Positions 43,570 to 59,800 of a stretch of DNA of 64,000 nucleotides are shown piece by piece (the first letter of the stretch is position 1; every line of letters starts with the position of its first letter). This DNA is from the human T2T-CHM13v2.0 reference genome, Homo sapiens. The stretch lies in assembly GCF_009914755.1 (NCBI RefSeq), contig NC_060925.1, one strand, 5' to 3'. The translations under genes and the position numbers were made by a program. The notes beneath the pieces were generated by a model. That model saw nothing but the letters and a program-made list of their open reading frames with translations, did not search any database and was not told where the DNA came from.

Positions 43570-46500
43570 TTGATTGAAATCATCATCAAATGGAATCGAA
43601 TGGTATCATTGAATGGAATCGAATGGAATCATCATCAGATGGAAATGAATGGAATCGTCATAGAATGGAATCGAATATATTCATTGACTGGAATCAGATG
43701 GAATCATCGAATGGACTGGAATGGAATCATTGAATGGACCCGAAAGGGATCATGATTGAATGGAATTGAATGCAATCATCGAATGGTCTCGATTGGAATC
43801 ATTATCAAATGGAATCGAATGGAATCACCGAATAGAATCGAATGGAACAATCATCGAATGGACTCAAATGGAATTATCCTCAAATGCAATGGAATGGAAT
43901 TATCGAATGCAATCGAATGGAATTATCGAATACAATCGAATGGAATTATTGAATGCAATCGAATAGAATCATCGAATGGACTCGAATGGATTCATCGAAT
44001 GGAATGGAATGGAACAGTCAATGAACTCGAATGGAATCATCATTGAATGGAATCGAAAGGAATCATCGAGTGGAATCGAATGGAATTATGATCAAATGGA
44101 ATCGAATGTAATCATCATCAAATGGAATCAAAAATAACCATCATCAATTGGTATTGAATGGAATTGTCATCAAATGGAATTCAAAGGAAACATCATAAAA
44201 TGGAACCGAATGGAATCCTCATTGAATGGAAATGAAAGGGGTCATCATCTAATGGAATCGCATGGAATCATCATCAAATGGAATCGAATGGAATCATCAT
44301 CAAATGGAATCTGATGGAATCATTGAACAGAATTGAATGGAATCGTCATGGAATGAATTGAATGCAATCATCGAATGGTCTCGAATGGAATCATCTTCTA
44401 ATGGAAAGGAATGTAATCATCGCATAGAATCGAATGGAATTATCATCGAATGGAATCGAATGGTATCAACATCAAACGGAATAAAACGGAATTATCGAAT
44501 GGAATCGAAGAGAATCTTCGAACGGACCCGAATGGAATCATCTAATGGAATGGAATGGAATAATCCATGGACTGGAAGGCAATCATCATCGAATGGAATC
44601 GAATGGAATCATGGAATGGACTCGAATGGAATAATAATTGAACGGAATCGAATGGAATCATCATCGGATGGAAACGAATGGAATCATCATCGAATGGAAA
44701 TGAAAGGAGTCATCATCTAATGGAATTGCATGGAATCATCATAAAATGGAATCGAATGGAATCAACATCAAATGGAATCAAATAGAATCATTGAACGGAA
44801 TTCAATGGAATCGTCATCGAATGAATTGAATGCAATCATTGAATGGTCTCGAATGGAATCATCTTCAAATGGAATGGAATGGAATCATCGCATAGAATCG
44901 AATGGAATTATCATCGAATGGAATCTAATGGAGTCAACATCAAACGGAAAGAAACGGAATTATCGAATGGAATCGAAGAGAATCATCGAATGGACCCGAA
45001 TGGAATCATCTAATGGAATGGAATGGAATAATCCATGGACTCGAATGCAATCATCATCGAATGGAATCGAATGGAATCATCGAGTGGACTCGAATGGAAT
45101 AATCATTGAACGGAATCGAATGGCATCATCATCGGATGGAAATGAATGGAATCATCATCGAATGGAATCGAATAGAATTATGGAATGAAATCCAGTGTGA
45201 TCATCATCGAATGGACCCGAATGGAATCATCATCCAACGGAAGCTAATGGAATCAACATCGAATGAATCAAATGGAAACACCATCGAATTGAAACGAATG
45301 GAATTACCATGAAATTGAAATGGATGGACTCATCATCGAATGGATTCTAAAGGAATCATCGAATAAAATTGATTGAAATCATCATCGAATGGAATCGAAT
45401 GGTATCATTGAATGGAATCGAATGGAATCATCATCAGATGGAAATGAATGGAATCGTCATAGAATGGAATCGAATGGATTCATTGAATGGAATCAGATGG
45501 AATCATCGAATGGACTGGAATGGAATCATTGAATGGACTCGAAAGGGATCATTATTGAAAGGAATTGAATGGAGTCATCGAATGGTCTCGATTGGAATCC
45601 TTATGAAATGGAATCGAATGGAATCACGGAATAGAATCGGATGGAACAATCATCGAATGGACTCAAATGGAATTATCCTCAAATGGAATGGAATGGAATT
45701 ATCGAATGCAATCGAATGGAATTATCGAATGCAATCGAATAGAATCATCGAATGGACTCGAATGGAATCATCGAATGGAATGGAATGGAACAGTCAATGA
45801 ACTCGAATGGAATCATCATTGAATGGAATCGAATGCAATCATCGAGTGGAATCGAATGGAATTATGATCAAATGGAATCGAATGTAATCATCATCAAATG
45901 GAATCAAAAATAACCATCATCAATTGGTATTGAATAGAATTGTCATCAAATGGAATTCAAAGGAATCATCATCAAATGGAACCGAATGGAATCCTCATTG
46001 AATGGAAATGAAAGGGGTCATCATCTAATGGAATCACATGGAATCATCGTCAAATGGAATCGAATGGAATCATCATCAAATGGAATCTGATGGAATCATT
46101 GAACAGAATTGAATGGAATGGTCATCGAATGAATTGAATGCAATCATCGAATGGTCTCGAATGGAATCATCTTCTAATGGAAAGGAATGGAATCATCGCA
46201 TAGAATCGAATGGAATTATCATCGAATGGAATCGAATGGTATCAACATCAAACGGAAAAAAACGGAATTATCAAATGGAATCGAAGAGAATCTTCGAACG
46301 GACCCGAATGGAATCATCTAATGGAATGGAATGGAATAATCCATGGACTGGAAGGAAATCATCATCGAATGGAATCGAATGGAATCATCGAATGGACTCG
46401 AATGGAATAATCATTGAACGGAATCGAATGGAATCATCATCGGATGGAAACGAATGGAATCATCATCGAATGGAAATGAAAGGAGTCATCATCTAATGGA

Positions 46501-49500
46501 ATTGCATGGAATCATCATAAAATGGAATTGAATGGAATCAACATCAAATGGAATCAAATGGAATCATTGAACGGAATTGAATGGAATCGTCATCGAATGA
46601 ATTGAATGCAATCATCGAATGGTCTCGAATGGAATCATCTTCAAATGGAATGGAATGGAATCATCGCATAGAATCGAATGGAATTATCATCGAATGGAAT
46701 CGAATGGAGTCAACATCAAACGGAAAAAAACGGAATTATCGAATGGAATCGAAGAGAATCATCGAATGGACCCGAATGGAATCATCTAATGGAATGGAAT
46801 GGAATAATCCATGGACTCGAATGCAATCATCATCGAATGGAATCGAATGGAATCATCGAATGGACTCGAATGGAATAATCATTGAACGGAATCGAATGGA
46901 ATCATCATCGGATGGAAATGAATGGAATCATCATCGAATGGAATCGAATAGAATTATGGAATGAAATCCAGTGTGATCATCATCGAATGGACCCGATTGG
47001 AATCATCATCCAACGGAAGCTAATGGAATCAACATCGAATGAATCAAATGGAAACACCATCGAATTGAAACGAATGGAATTACCATGAAATTGAAATGGT
47101 GGACTCATCATCGAATGGATTCGAATGGAATCATCGAATAAAATTGATTGAAATCATCATCAAATGGAATCGAATGGTATCATTGAATGGAATCGAATGG
47201 AATCATCATCAGATGGAAATGAATGGAATCGTCATAGAATGGAATCGAATGGATTCATTGAATGGAATCAGATGGAATCATCGAATGGACTGGAATGGAA
47301 TCATTGAATGGACCCGAAAGGGATCATGATTGAATGGAATTGAATGCAATCATCGAATGGTCTCGATTGGAATCATTATCAAATGGAATCGAATGGAATC
47401 ACCGAATAGAATCGAATGGAACAATCATCGAATGGACTCAAATGGAATTATCCTCAAATGCAATGGAATGGAATTATCGAATGCAATCGAATGGAATTAT
47501 CGAATGCAATCGAATGGAATTATTGAATGCAATCGAATAGAATCATCGAATGGACACGAATGGATTCATCGAATGGAATGGAATGGAACAGTCAATGAAC
47601 TCGAATGGAATCATCATTGAATGGAATCGAAAGGAATCATCGAGTGGAATCGAATGGAATTATGATCAAATGGAATCGAATGTAATCATCATCAAATGGA
47701 ATCAAAAATAACCATCATCAATTGGTATTGAATGGAATTGTCATCAAATGGAATTCAAAGGAAACATCATAAAATGGAACCGAATGGAATCCTCATTGAA
47801 TGGAAATGAAAGGGGTCATCATCTAATGGAATCGCATGGAATCATCATCAAATGGAATCGAATGGAATCATCATCAAATGGAATCTGATGGAATCATTGA
47901 ACAGAATTGAATGGAATCGTCATGGAATGAATTGAATGCAATCATCGAATGGTCTCGAATGGAATCATCTTCTAATGGAAAGGAATGGAATCATCGCATA
48001 AAATCGAATGGAATTATCATCGAATGGAATCGAATGGTATCAACATCAAACGGAATAAAACGGAATTATCAAATGGAATCGAAGAGAATCTTCGAACGGA
48101 CCCGAATGGAATCATCTAATGGAATGGAATGGAATAATCCATGGACTGGAAGGCAATCATCATCGAATGGAATCGAATGGAATCATGGAATGGACTCGAA
48201 TGGAATAATAATTGAACGGAATCGAATGGAATCATCATCGGATGGAAACGAATGGAATCATCATCGAATGGAAATGAAAGGAGTCATCATCTAATGGAAT
48301 TGCATGGAATCATCATAAAATGGAATCGAATGGAATAAACATCAAATGGAATCAAATAGAATCATTGAACGGAATTGAATGGAATCGTCATCGAATGAAT
48401 TGAATGCAATCATTGAATGGTCTCGAATGGAATCATCTTCAAATGGAATGGAATGGAATCATCGCATAGAATCGAATGGAATTATCATCGAATGGAATCT
48501 AATGGAGTCAACATCAAACGGAAAGAAACGGAATTATCGAATGGAATCGAAGAGAATCATCGAATGGACCCGAATGGAATCATCTAATGGAATGGAATGG
48601 AATAATCCATGGACTCGAATGCAATCATCATCGAATGGAATCGAATGGAATCATCGAGTGGACTCGAATGGAATAATCATTGAACGGAATCGAATGGCAT
48701 CATCATCGGATGGAAATGAATGGAATCATCATCGAATGGAATCGAATAGAATTATGGAATGAAATCCAGTGTGATCATCATCGAATGGACCCGAATGGAA
48801 TCATCATCCAACGGAAGCTAATGGAATCAACATCGAATGAATCAAATGGAAACACCATCGAATTGAAACGAATGGAATTACCATGAAATTGAAATGGATG
48901 GACTCATCATCGAATGGATTCGAAAGGAATCATCGAATAAAATTGATTGAAATCATCATCGAATGGAATCGAATGGTATCATTGAATGGAATCGAATGGA
49001 ATCATCATCAGATGGAAATGAATGGAATCGTCATAGAATGGAATCGAATGGATTCATTGAATGGAATCAGATGGAATCATCGAATGGACTGGAATGGAAT
49101 CATTGAATGGACTCGAAAGGGATCATTATTGAATGGAATTGAATGGAGTCATCGAATGGTCTCGATTGGAATCATTATGAAATGGAATCGAATGGAATCA
49201 CCGAATAGAATCGAATGGAACAATCATCGAATGGACTCAAATGGAATTATCCTCAAATGGAATCGAATGGAATTATCGAATGCAATCGAATGGAATTATC
49301 GAATGCAATCGAATAGAATCATCGAATGGACTCGAATGGAATCATCGAATGGAATGGAATGGAACAGTCAATGAACTCGAATGGAATCATCATTGAATGG
49401 AATCGAATGCAATCATCGAGTGGAATCGAATGGAATTATGATCAAATGGAATCGAATGTAATCATCATCAAATGGAATCAAAAATAACCATCATCAATTG

Positions 49501-51180
49501 GTATTGAATAGAATTGTCATCAAATGGAATTCAAAGGAATCATCATCAAATGGAACCGAATGGAATCCTCATTGAATGGAAATGAAAGGGGTCATCATCT
49601 AATGGAATCACATGGAATCATCGTCAAATGGAATCGAATGGAATCATCATCAAATGGAATCTGATGGAATCATTGAACAGAATTGAATGGAATGGTCATC
49701 GAATGAATTGAATGCAATCATCGAATGGTCTCGAATGGAATCATCTTCTAATGGAAAGGAATGGAATCATCGCATAGAATCGAATGGAATTATCATCGAA
49801 TGGAATCGAATGGTATCAACATCAAACGGAAAAAAACGGAATTATCAAATGGAATCGAAGAGAATCTTCGAACGGACCCGAATGGAATCATCTAATGGAA
49901 TGGAATGGAATAATCCATGGACTGGAAGGCAATCATCATCGAATGGAATCGAATGGAATCATCGAATGGACTCGAATGGAATAATCATTGAACGGAATCG
50001 AATGGAATCATCATCGGATGGAAACGAATGGAATCATCATCGAATGGAAATGAAAGGAGTCATCATCTAATGGAATTGCATGGAATCATCATAAAATGGA
50101 ATCGAATGGAATCAACATCAAATGGAATCAAATGGAATCATTGAACGGAATTGAATGGAATCGTCATCGAATGAATTGAATGCAATCATCGAATGGTCTC
50201 GAATGGAATCATCTTCAAATGGAATGGAATGGAATCATCGCATAGAATCGAATGGAATTATCATCGAATGGAATCGAATGGAGTCAACATCAAACGGAAA
50301 AAAACGGAATTATCGAATGGAATCGAAGAGAATCATCGAATGGACCCGAATGGAATCATCTAATGGAATGGAATGGAATAATCCATGGACTCGAATGCAA
50401 TCATCATCGAATGGAATCGAATGGAATCATCGAATGGACTCGAATGGAATAATCATTGAACGGAATCGAATGGAATCATCATCGGATGGAAACGAATGGA
50501 ATCATCATCGAATGGAAATGAAAGGAGTCATCATCTAATGGAATTGCATGGAATCATCATAAAATGGAATCGAATGGAATCAACATCAAATGGAATCAAA
50601 TGGAATCATTGAACGGAATTGAATGGAATCGTCATCGAATGAATTGAATGCAATCATCGAATGGTCTCGAATGGAATCATCTTCAAATGGAATGGAATGG
50701 AATCATCGCATAGAATCGAATGGAATTATCATCGAATGGAATCGAATGGAGTCAACATCAAACGGAAAAAAACGGAATTATCGAATGGAATCGAAGAGAA
50801 TCATCGAATGGACCCGAATGGAATCATCTAATGGAATGGAATGGAATAATCCATGGACTCGAATGCAATCATCATCGAATGGAATCGAATGGAATCATCG
50901 AATGGACTCGAATGGAATAATCATTGAACGGAATCGAATGGAATCATCATCGGATGGAAATGAATGGAATCATCATCGAATGGAATCGAATAGAATTATG
51001 GAATGAAATCCAGTGTGATCATCATCGAATGGACCCGATTGGAATCATCATCCAACGGAAGCTAATGGAATCAACATCGAATGAATCAAATGGAAACACC
51101 ATCGAATTGAAACGAATGGAATTACCATGAAATTGAAATGGTGGACTCATCATCGAATGGATTCGAATGGAATCATCGAA
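43570..51180 (+). repeat. Tandem duplication of a ~3,574-bp two-unit higher-order repeat, second copy with an extra 468-bp module
   Basis: ORF landmarks are offset by 3,574 (43756/47330, 44337/47911, 45106/48680, 46113/49687), then by 4,042 = 3,574+468 (46882/50924, 47096/51138). Shared private variants include GGAAAGAAACGG, CGTCATGGAATG and AAATGGTGGAC. Confidence 0.85.
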
Positions 51181-51929
51181 TAAAATTGATTGAAATCATC
51201 ATCGAATGGAATCGAATGGTATCATTTAATGGAATCGAATGGAATCATCATCAGATGGAAATGAATGGAATCGTCATAGAATGGAATCGAATGGATTCAT
51301 TGAATGGAATCAGATGGAATCATCGAATGGACTGGAATGGAATCATTGAATGGACTCGAAAGGGATCATTATTGAATGGAATTGAATGGAATCATCGAAT
51401 GGTCTCGATTGGAATCATTATCAAATGGAATCGAATGGAATCACCGAATAGAATCGAACGGATCAATCATCGAATGGACTCAAATGGAATTATCCTCCAA
51501 TGGAATCGAATGGAATTATCGAATGCAATCGAATGGAACTATCGAATGCAATCGAATAGAATCATCGAATGGACTCGAATGGAATCATCGAATGGAATGG
51601 AATGGAACAGTCAATGAACACGAATAGAATCATCATTGAATGGAATCGAATGGAATCATCGAGTGGAATCGAATGGAATTATGATCAAATGGAATCGAAT
51701 GTAATCATCATCAAATGGAATCAAAAATAACCATCATCAATTGGTATTGAATGGAATTGTCATCAAATGGAATTCAAAGGAAACATCATCAAATGGAACC
51801 GAATGGAATCCTCATTGAATGGAAATGAAAGGGGTCATCATCTAATGGAATCGCATGGAATCATCATCAAATGGAATCGAATGGAATCAACATCAAATGG
51901 AATCTGATGGAATCATTGAACAGAATTGA

Positions 51930-54900
51930 ATGGAATCGTCATCGAATGAATTGAATGCAATCATCCAATGGTCTCGAATGGAATCATCTTCTAATGGAAA
52001 GGAATGGAATCATCGCATAGAATCGAATGGAATTATCATCGAATGGAATCGAATGCTATCAACACCAAACGGAAAAAAACGGAATTATCGAATGGAATCA
52101 AAGAGAATCTTCGAACGGACCCGAATGGAATCATCTAATGGAATAGAATGCAATAATCCATGGACTGGAAGGCAATCATCATCGAATGGAATCGAATGGA
52201 ATCATCGAATGGACTCGAATGGAATAATCATTGAACGGAATCGAATGGAATCATCATCGGATGCAAACGAATGGAATCATCATCGAATGGAAATGAAAGG
52301 AGTCATCATCTAATGGAATTGCATGGAATCATCATAAAATGGAATCGAATGGAATCAACATCAAATGGAATCAAATGGAATCATTGAACGGAATTGAATG
52401 GAATCATCATCGAATGAATTGAATGCAATCATCGAATGGTCTCGAATGGAATCATCTTCAAATGGAATGGAATGGAATCATCGCATAGAATCGAATGGAA
52501 TTATCATCGAATGCAATCGAATGGCATCAACATCAAACGGAAAAAAACGGAATTATCGAATGGAATCGAAGAGAATCATCGAATGGACCCGAATGGAATC
52601 ATCTAATGGAATGGAAAGGAATAATCCATGGACTCGAATGCAATCATCATCGAATGGAATCGAATGGAATCATCGAATGGACTCGAAGGGAATAATCATT
52701 GAACAGAATCGAATGGAATCATCATCGGATGGAAATGAATGGAATCATCATCGAATGGAAATGAAAGGAGTCATCATCTAATGGAATTGCATGGAATCAT
52801 CATAAAATGGAATCGAATGGAATCAACATCAAATGGAATCAAATGGAATCATTGAACGGAATTGAATGGAATCGTCATCGAATGAATTGAATGCAGTCAT
52901 CTAATGGTCTCGAATGGAATCATCTTCAAATGGAATGGAATGGAATCATCGCATAGAATCGAATGGAATTATCATCGAATGGAATCGAATGGAATCAACA
53001 TCAAACGGAAAAAAACGGAATTATCGTATGGAATCGAAGAGAATCATCGAATGGACCCAAATGGAATCATCTAATGGAATGGAATGGAATAATCCATGGA
53101 CTCGAATGTAATCATCATCGAATGGAATCGAATGGAATCATCGAATGGACTCGAATGGAATAATCATTGAACGGAATCGAATGGAATCATCATCGGATGG
53201 AAATGAATGCAATCATCATCGAATGGAATCGAATAGAATTATGGAATGAAATCCAGTGTGATCATCATCGAATGGACCCGAATGGAATCATCATCCAACG
53301 GAAGCTAATGGAATCAACATCGAATGAATCGAATGGAAACACCATCGAATTGAAACGAATGGAATTATCATGAAATTGAAATGGATGGACTAATCATCGA
53401 ATGGATTCGAATGGAATCATCGAATAAAATTGATTGAAATCATCATCAAATGGAATCGAATGGTATCATTGAATGGAATCGAATGGAATCATCATCAGAT
53501 GGAAATGAATGGAATCGTCATAGAATGGAATCGAATGGATTCATTGAATGGAATCAGATGGAATCATCGAATGGACTGGAATGGAATCATTGAATGGACT
53601 CGAAAGGGATCATTATTGAATGGAATTGAATGGAATCATCGAATGGTCTCGATTGGAATCATTATCAAATGGAATCGAATGGAATCACCGAATAGAATCG
53701 AATGGAACAATCATCGAATGGACTCAAATGGAATTATCCTCAAATGGAATCGAATGGAATTATCGAATGCAATCGAATGGAATTATCGAATGCAATCGAA
53801 TAGAATCATCGAATGGACTCGAATGGAATCATCGAATGGAATGGAATGGAACAGTCAATGAACTCGAATGGAATCATCATTGAATGGAATCGAATGGAAT
53901 CATCGAGTGGAATCGAATGGAATTATGATCAAATGGAATCGAATGTAATCATCATCAAATGGAATAAAAAATAACCATCATCAATTGGTATTGAATGGAA
54001 TTGTCATCAAATGGAATTCAAAGGAATCATCATCAAATGGAACCAAATGGAATCCTCATTGAATGGAAATGAAAGGGGTCATCATCTAATGGAATCGCAT
54101 GGAATCATCATCAAATGGAATCGAATGGAATCATCATCAAATGGAATCTAATGGAATCATTGAAAAGAATTGAATGGAATCGTCATCGAATGAATTGAAT
54201 GCAATCATCGAATGGTCTCGAATGGAATCATCTTCTAATGGAAAGGAATGTAATCATCGCATAGAATCGAATGGAACTATCATCGAATGGAATCGAATGG
54301 TATCAACACCAAACGGAAAAAAACGGAATTTTCGAATGGAATCGAAGAGAATCTTCGAACGGACCTGAATGGAATCGTCTAATGGAATGGAATGGAATAA
54401 TCCATGGACTGGAAGGCAATCATCTTCGAATGGAATCGAATGGAATCATCGAATGGACTCGAATGGAATAATCATTGAACGGAATCGAATGGAATCATCA
54501 TCGGATGGAAACGAATGGAATCATCATCGAATGGAAATGAAAGGAGTCATCATCTAATGGAATAGCATGGAATCATCATAAAATGGAATCGAATGGAATC
54601 AACATCAAATGGAATCAAATGGAATCATTGAACGGAATTGAATGGAATCATCATCGAATGAATTGAATGCAATCATCGAATGGTCTCGAATGGAATCATC
54701 TTCAAATGGAATGGAATGGAATCATCGCATAGAATCGAATGGAATTATCATCGAATGCAATCGAATGGCATCAACATCAAACGGAAAAAAACGGAATTAT
54801 CGAATGGAATCGAAGAGAATCATCGAATGGACCCGAATGGAATCTTCTAATGGAATGGAATGGAATAATCCATGGACTCGAATGCAATCATCATCGAATG

Positions 54901-56885
54901 GAATCGAATGGAATCATCGAATGGGCTCGAAGGGAATAATCATTGAACAGAATCGAATGGAATCATCATCGGATGGAAATGAATGGAATCATCATCGAAT
55001 GGAAATGAAAGGAGTCATCAGCTAATGGAATTGCATGGAATCATCATAAAATGGAATCGAATGGAATCAACATCAAATGGAATCAAATGGAATCATTGAA
55101 CGGAATTGAATGGAATCGTCATCGAATGAATTGAATGCAATCATCTAATGGTCTCGAATGGAATCATCTTCAAATGGAATAGAATGGAATCATCGCATAG
55201 AATCGAATGGAATTATCATCGAATGGAATCGAATGGAATCAACATCAAACGGAAAAAAACGGAATTATCGAATGGAATCGAAGAGAATCATCGAATGGAC
55301 CCGAATGGAATCATCTAATGGAATGGAATGGAATAATCCATGGACTCGAATGCAATCATCATCGAATGGAATCGAATGGAATCATCGAATGGACTCGAAG
55401 GGAATAATCATTGAACAGAATCGAATGGAATCATCATCGGATGGAAATGAATGGAATCATCATCGAATGGAAATGAAAGGAGTCATCATCTAATGGAATT
55501 GCATGGAATCATCATAAAATGGAATCGAATGGAATCAACATCAAATGGAATCAAATGGAATCATTGAACAGAATTGAATGGAATCGTCATCGAATGAATT
55601 GAATGCAATCATCGAATGGTCTCGAATGGAATCATCTTCAAATGGAATGGAATGGAATCATCGCATAGAATCGAATGGAATTATCATCGAATGGAATCGA
55701 ATGGAATCAACATCAAACGGAAAAAAACGGAATTATCGAATGGAATCGAAGAGAATCATCGAATGGACCCGAATGGAATCATCTAATGGAATGGAATGGA
55801 ATAATCCATGGACTCGAATGCAATCATCATCGAATGGAATCGAATGGAATCATCGAATGGACTCGAATGGAATAATCATTGAACGGAATCGAATGGAATC
55901 ATCATCGGATGGAAATGAATGGAATCATCATCGAATGGAATCGAATAGAATTATGGAATGAAATCCAGTGTGAACATCATCGAATGGACCCGAATGGAAT
56001 CATCATCCAACGGAAGCTAATGGAATCAACATCGAATGAATCAAATGGAAATACCATCGAATTGAAACGAATGGAATTACCATGAAATTGAAATGGATGG
56101 ACTCATCATCGAATGGATTCGAATGGAATCATCGAATAAAATTGATTGAAATCATCATCGAATGGAATCGAATGGTATCATTGAATGGAATCGAATGGAA
56201 TCATCATCAGATGGAAATGAATGGAATCGTCATAGAATGGAATCGAATGGATTCATTGAATGGAATCAGATGGAATCATCGAATGGACTGGAATGGAATC
56301 ATTGAATGGACTCGAAAGGGATCATGATTGAATGGAATTGAATGGAATCATCGAATGGTCTCGATTGGAATCATTATCAAATGGAATCGAATGGAATCAC
56401 CGAATAGAATCGAATGGAACAATCATCAAATGGACTCAAATGGAATTATCCTCAAATGGAAACGAATGGAATTATCGAATGCAATCGAATGGAATTATCG
56501 AATGCAATCGAATAGAATCATCGAATGGACTCGAATGGAATCATCGAATGGAATGGAATGGAACAGTCAATGAACTCGAATGGAATCATCATTGAATGGA
56601 ATCGAATGGAATCATCGAGTGGAATCGAATGGAATTATGATCAAATGGAATCGAATGTAATCATCATCAAATGGAATCAAAAATAACCATCATCAATTGG
56701 TATTGAATGGAATTGTCATCAAATGGAATTCAAAGGAATCATCATCAAATGGAACCGAATGGAATCCTCATTGAATGGAAATGAAAGGGGTCATCATCTA
56801 ATGGAATCGCATGGAATCATCATCAAATGGAATCGAATGGAATCATCATCAAATGGAATCTAATGGAATCATTGAAAAGAATTGA
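51930..56885 (+). repeat. Related three-module (2,244 bp) and four-module (2,712 bp) units
   Basis: Module starts at 51930, 52398, 52866, then 54174, 54642, 55110, 55578. CTCGAAGGGAATAATCATTGAACAG is shared at ~52682, ~54926 and ~55394. Confidence 0.8.
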
Positions 56886-59800
56886 ATGGAATCGTCATCG
56901 AATGAATTCAATGCAATCATCGAATGCTCTCGAATGGAATCATCTTCTAATGGAAAGGAATGGAATCATCGCATAGAATCGAATGGAATTATCATCGAAT
57001 GGAATCGAATGGTATCAACACCAAACGGAAAAAAACGGAATTTTCGAATGGAATCGAAGAGAATCTTCGAACGGACCCGAATGGAATCATCTAATGGAAT
57101 GGAATGGAATAATTCATGGACTCGAATGCAATAATCATCGAATGGAATCGAATGGAAACATCGAATGGACTCGAATGGAATAATCATTGAACGGAATCGA
57201 ATGGAATCATCATCGGATGGAAACGAATGGAATCATCATCGAATGGAAATGAAAGGAGTCATCATCTAATGGAATTGCATGGAATCATCATAAAATGGAA
57301 TCGAATGGAATCAACATCAAGTGGAATCAAATGGAATCATTGAACGGAATTGAATGGAATCGTCATCGAATGAATTGTATGCAATCATCGAATGGTCTCG
57401 AATGGAATCATCTTCAAATGGAATGGAATGGAATCATCGCATAGAATCGAATGGAATTATCATCGAATGGAATCGAATGGTATCAACATCAAACGGAAAA
57501 AAACGGAATTATCGAATGGAATCGAAGAGAATCATCGAATGGACCCGAATGGAATCATCTAATGGAATGGAATGGAATAATCCATGGACTCGAATGCAAT
57601 CATCATCGAATGGAATCGAATGGAATCATCGAATGGACTCGAATGCAATAATCATTGAACGGAATCGAATGGAATCATCATCGGATGGAAATGAATGCAA
57701 TCATCATCGAATGGAATCGAATAGAATTATGGAATGAAATCCAGTGTGATCATCATCGAATGGACCCGAATGGAATCATCATCCAACGGAAGCTAATGGA
57801 ATCAATATCCAATGAATCGAATGGAAACAAAATCGAATTGAAACGAATGGAATTATCATGAAATTGAAATGGATGGACTCATCATCGGATGGATTCGAAT
57901 GGAATCATCGAATAAAATTGATTGAAATCATCATCAAATGGAATCGAATGGTATCATTGAATGGAATCGAATGGAATCATCATCAGATGGAAATGAATGG
58001 AATCGTCATAGAATGGAATCGAATGGATTCATTGAATGGAATCAGATGGAATCATCGAATGGACTGGAATGGAATCATTGAATGGACTCAAAGGGATCAT
58101 TATTGAATGGAATTGAATGGAATCATCGAATGGTCTCGATTGGAATCATTATCAAATGGAATCGAATGGAATCACCGAATAGAATCGAATGGAACAATCA
58201 TCGAATGGACTCAAATGGAATTATCCTCAAATGGAATCGAATGGAATTATCGAATGCAATCGAATGGAATTATCGAATGCAATCGAATAGAATCATCGAA
58301 TGGACTCGAATGGAATCATCGAATGGAATGGAATGGAACAGTCAATGAACTCGAATGGAATCATCATTGAATGGAATCGAATGGAATCATCGAGTGGAAT
58401 CGAATGGAATTATGATCAAATGGAATCGAATGTAATCATCATCAAATGGAATCAAAAATAACCATCATCAATTGGTATTGAATGGAATTGTCATCAAATG
58501 GAATTCAAGGAATCATCATCAAATGGAACCGAATGGAATCCTCATTGAATGGAAATGAAAGGGGTCATCATCTAATTGAATCGCATGGAATCATCATCAA
58601 AAGGAATCGAATGGAATCATCATCAAATGGAATCTGATGGAATCATTGAACAGAATTGAATGGAATCGTCATCGAATGAATTGAATGCAATCATCGAATG
58701 GTCTCGAATGGAATCATCTTCTAATGGAAAGGAATGGAATCATCGCATAGAATCGAATGGAATTATCATCGAATGGAATCGAATGGTATCAACATCAAAC
58801 GGAAAAAAACGGAATTATCGAATGGAATCGAAGAGAATCTTCGAACGGACCCGAATGGAATCATCTAATGGAATGGAATGGAATAATCCATGGACTGGAA
58901 GGCAATCATCATCGAATGGAATCGAATGGAATCATCGAATGGACTCGAATGGAATAATCATTGAACGGAAACGAATGGAATCATCATCGGATGGAAACGA
59001 ATGGAATCATCATCGAATGGAAATGAAAGGAGTCATCATCTAATGGAATTGAATGGAATCATCATAAAATGGAATCGAATGGGATCAACATCAAATGGAA
59101 TCAAATGGAATCATTGAACGGATTTGAATGGAATCGTCATCGAATGAATTGAATGCAATCATCGAATGGTCTCGAATGGAATCATCTTCAAATGGAATAG
59201 CATGGAATCATCGCATAGAATCGAATGGAATTATCATCGAATGGAATCGAATGGAATCAACATCAAACGGATAAAAACGGAATTATCGAATGGAATCGAA
59301 GAGAATCATCGAACGGACACGAATGGAATCATCTAATGGAATGGAATGGAATAATCCATGGACTCGAATGCAATCATCATCGAATGGAATCGAATGGAAT
59401 CATCGAATGGACTCGAATGGAATAATCATTGAACGGAATCGAATGGAATCATCATCGGATGGAAATGAATGGAATCATCATCGAATGGAATGGAATAGAA
59501 TTATGGAATGAAATCCAGTGTGATCATCATCGAGTGGACCCGAATGGAATCATCATCCAACGGAAGCTAATGGAATCAACATCGAATGAATCGAATGGAA
59601 ACACCATCGATTTGAAACGAATGGAATTATCATGAAATTGAAATGGATGGACTCATCATCGAATGGATTCGAATGGAATCATCGAATAAAATTGATTGAA
59701 ATCATCATCAAATGGAATCGAATGGTATCATTGAATGGAATCGAATGGAATCATCATCAGATGGAAATGAATGGAATCGTCATAGAATGGAATCGAATGG

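Noticed and set aside
56966-57187. Single minus-strand ORF as a possible inversion or insertion
   Set aside because: The DNA keeps the same orientation. Point mutations merely removed stop codons on the reverse strand.
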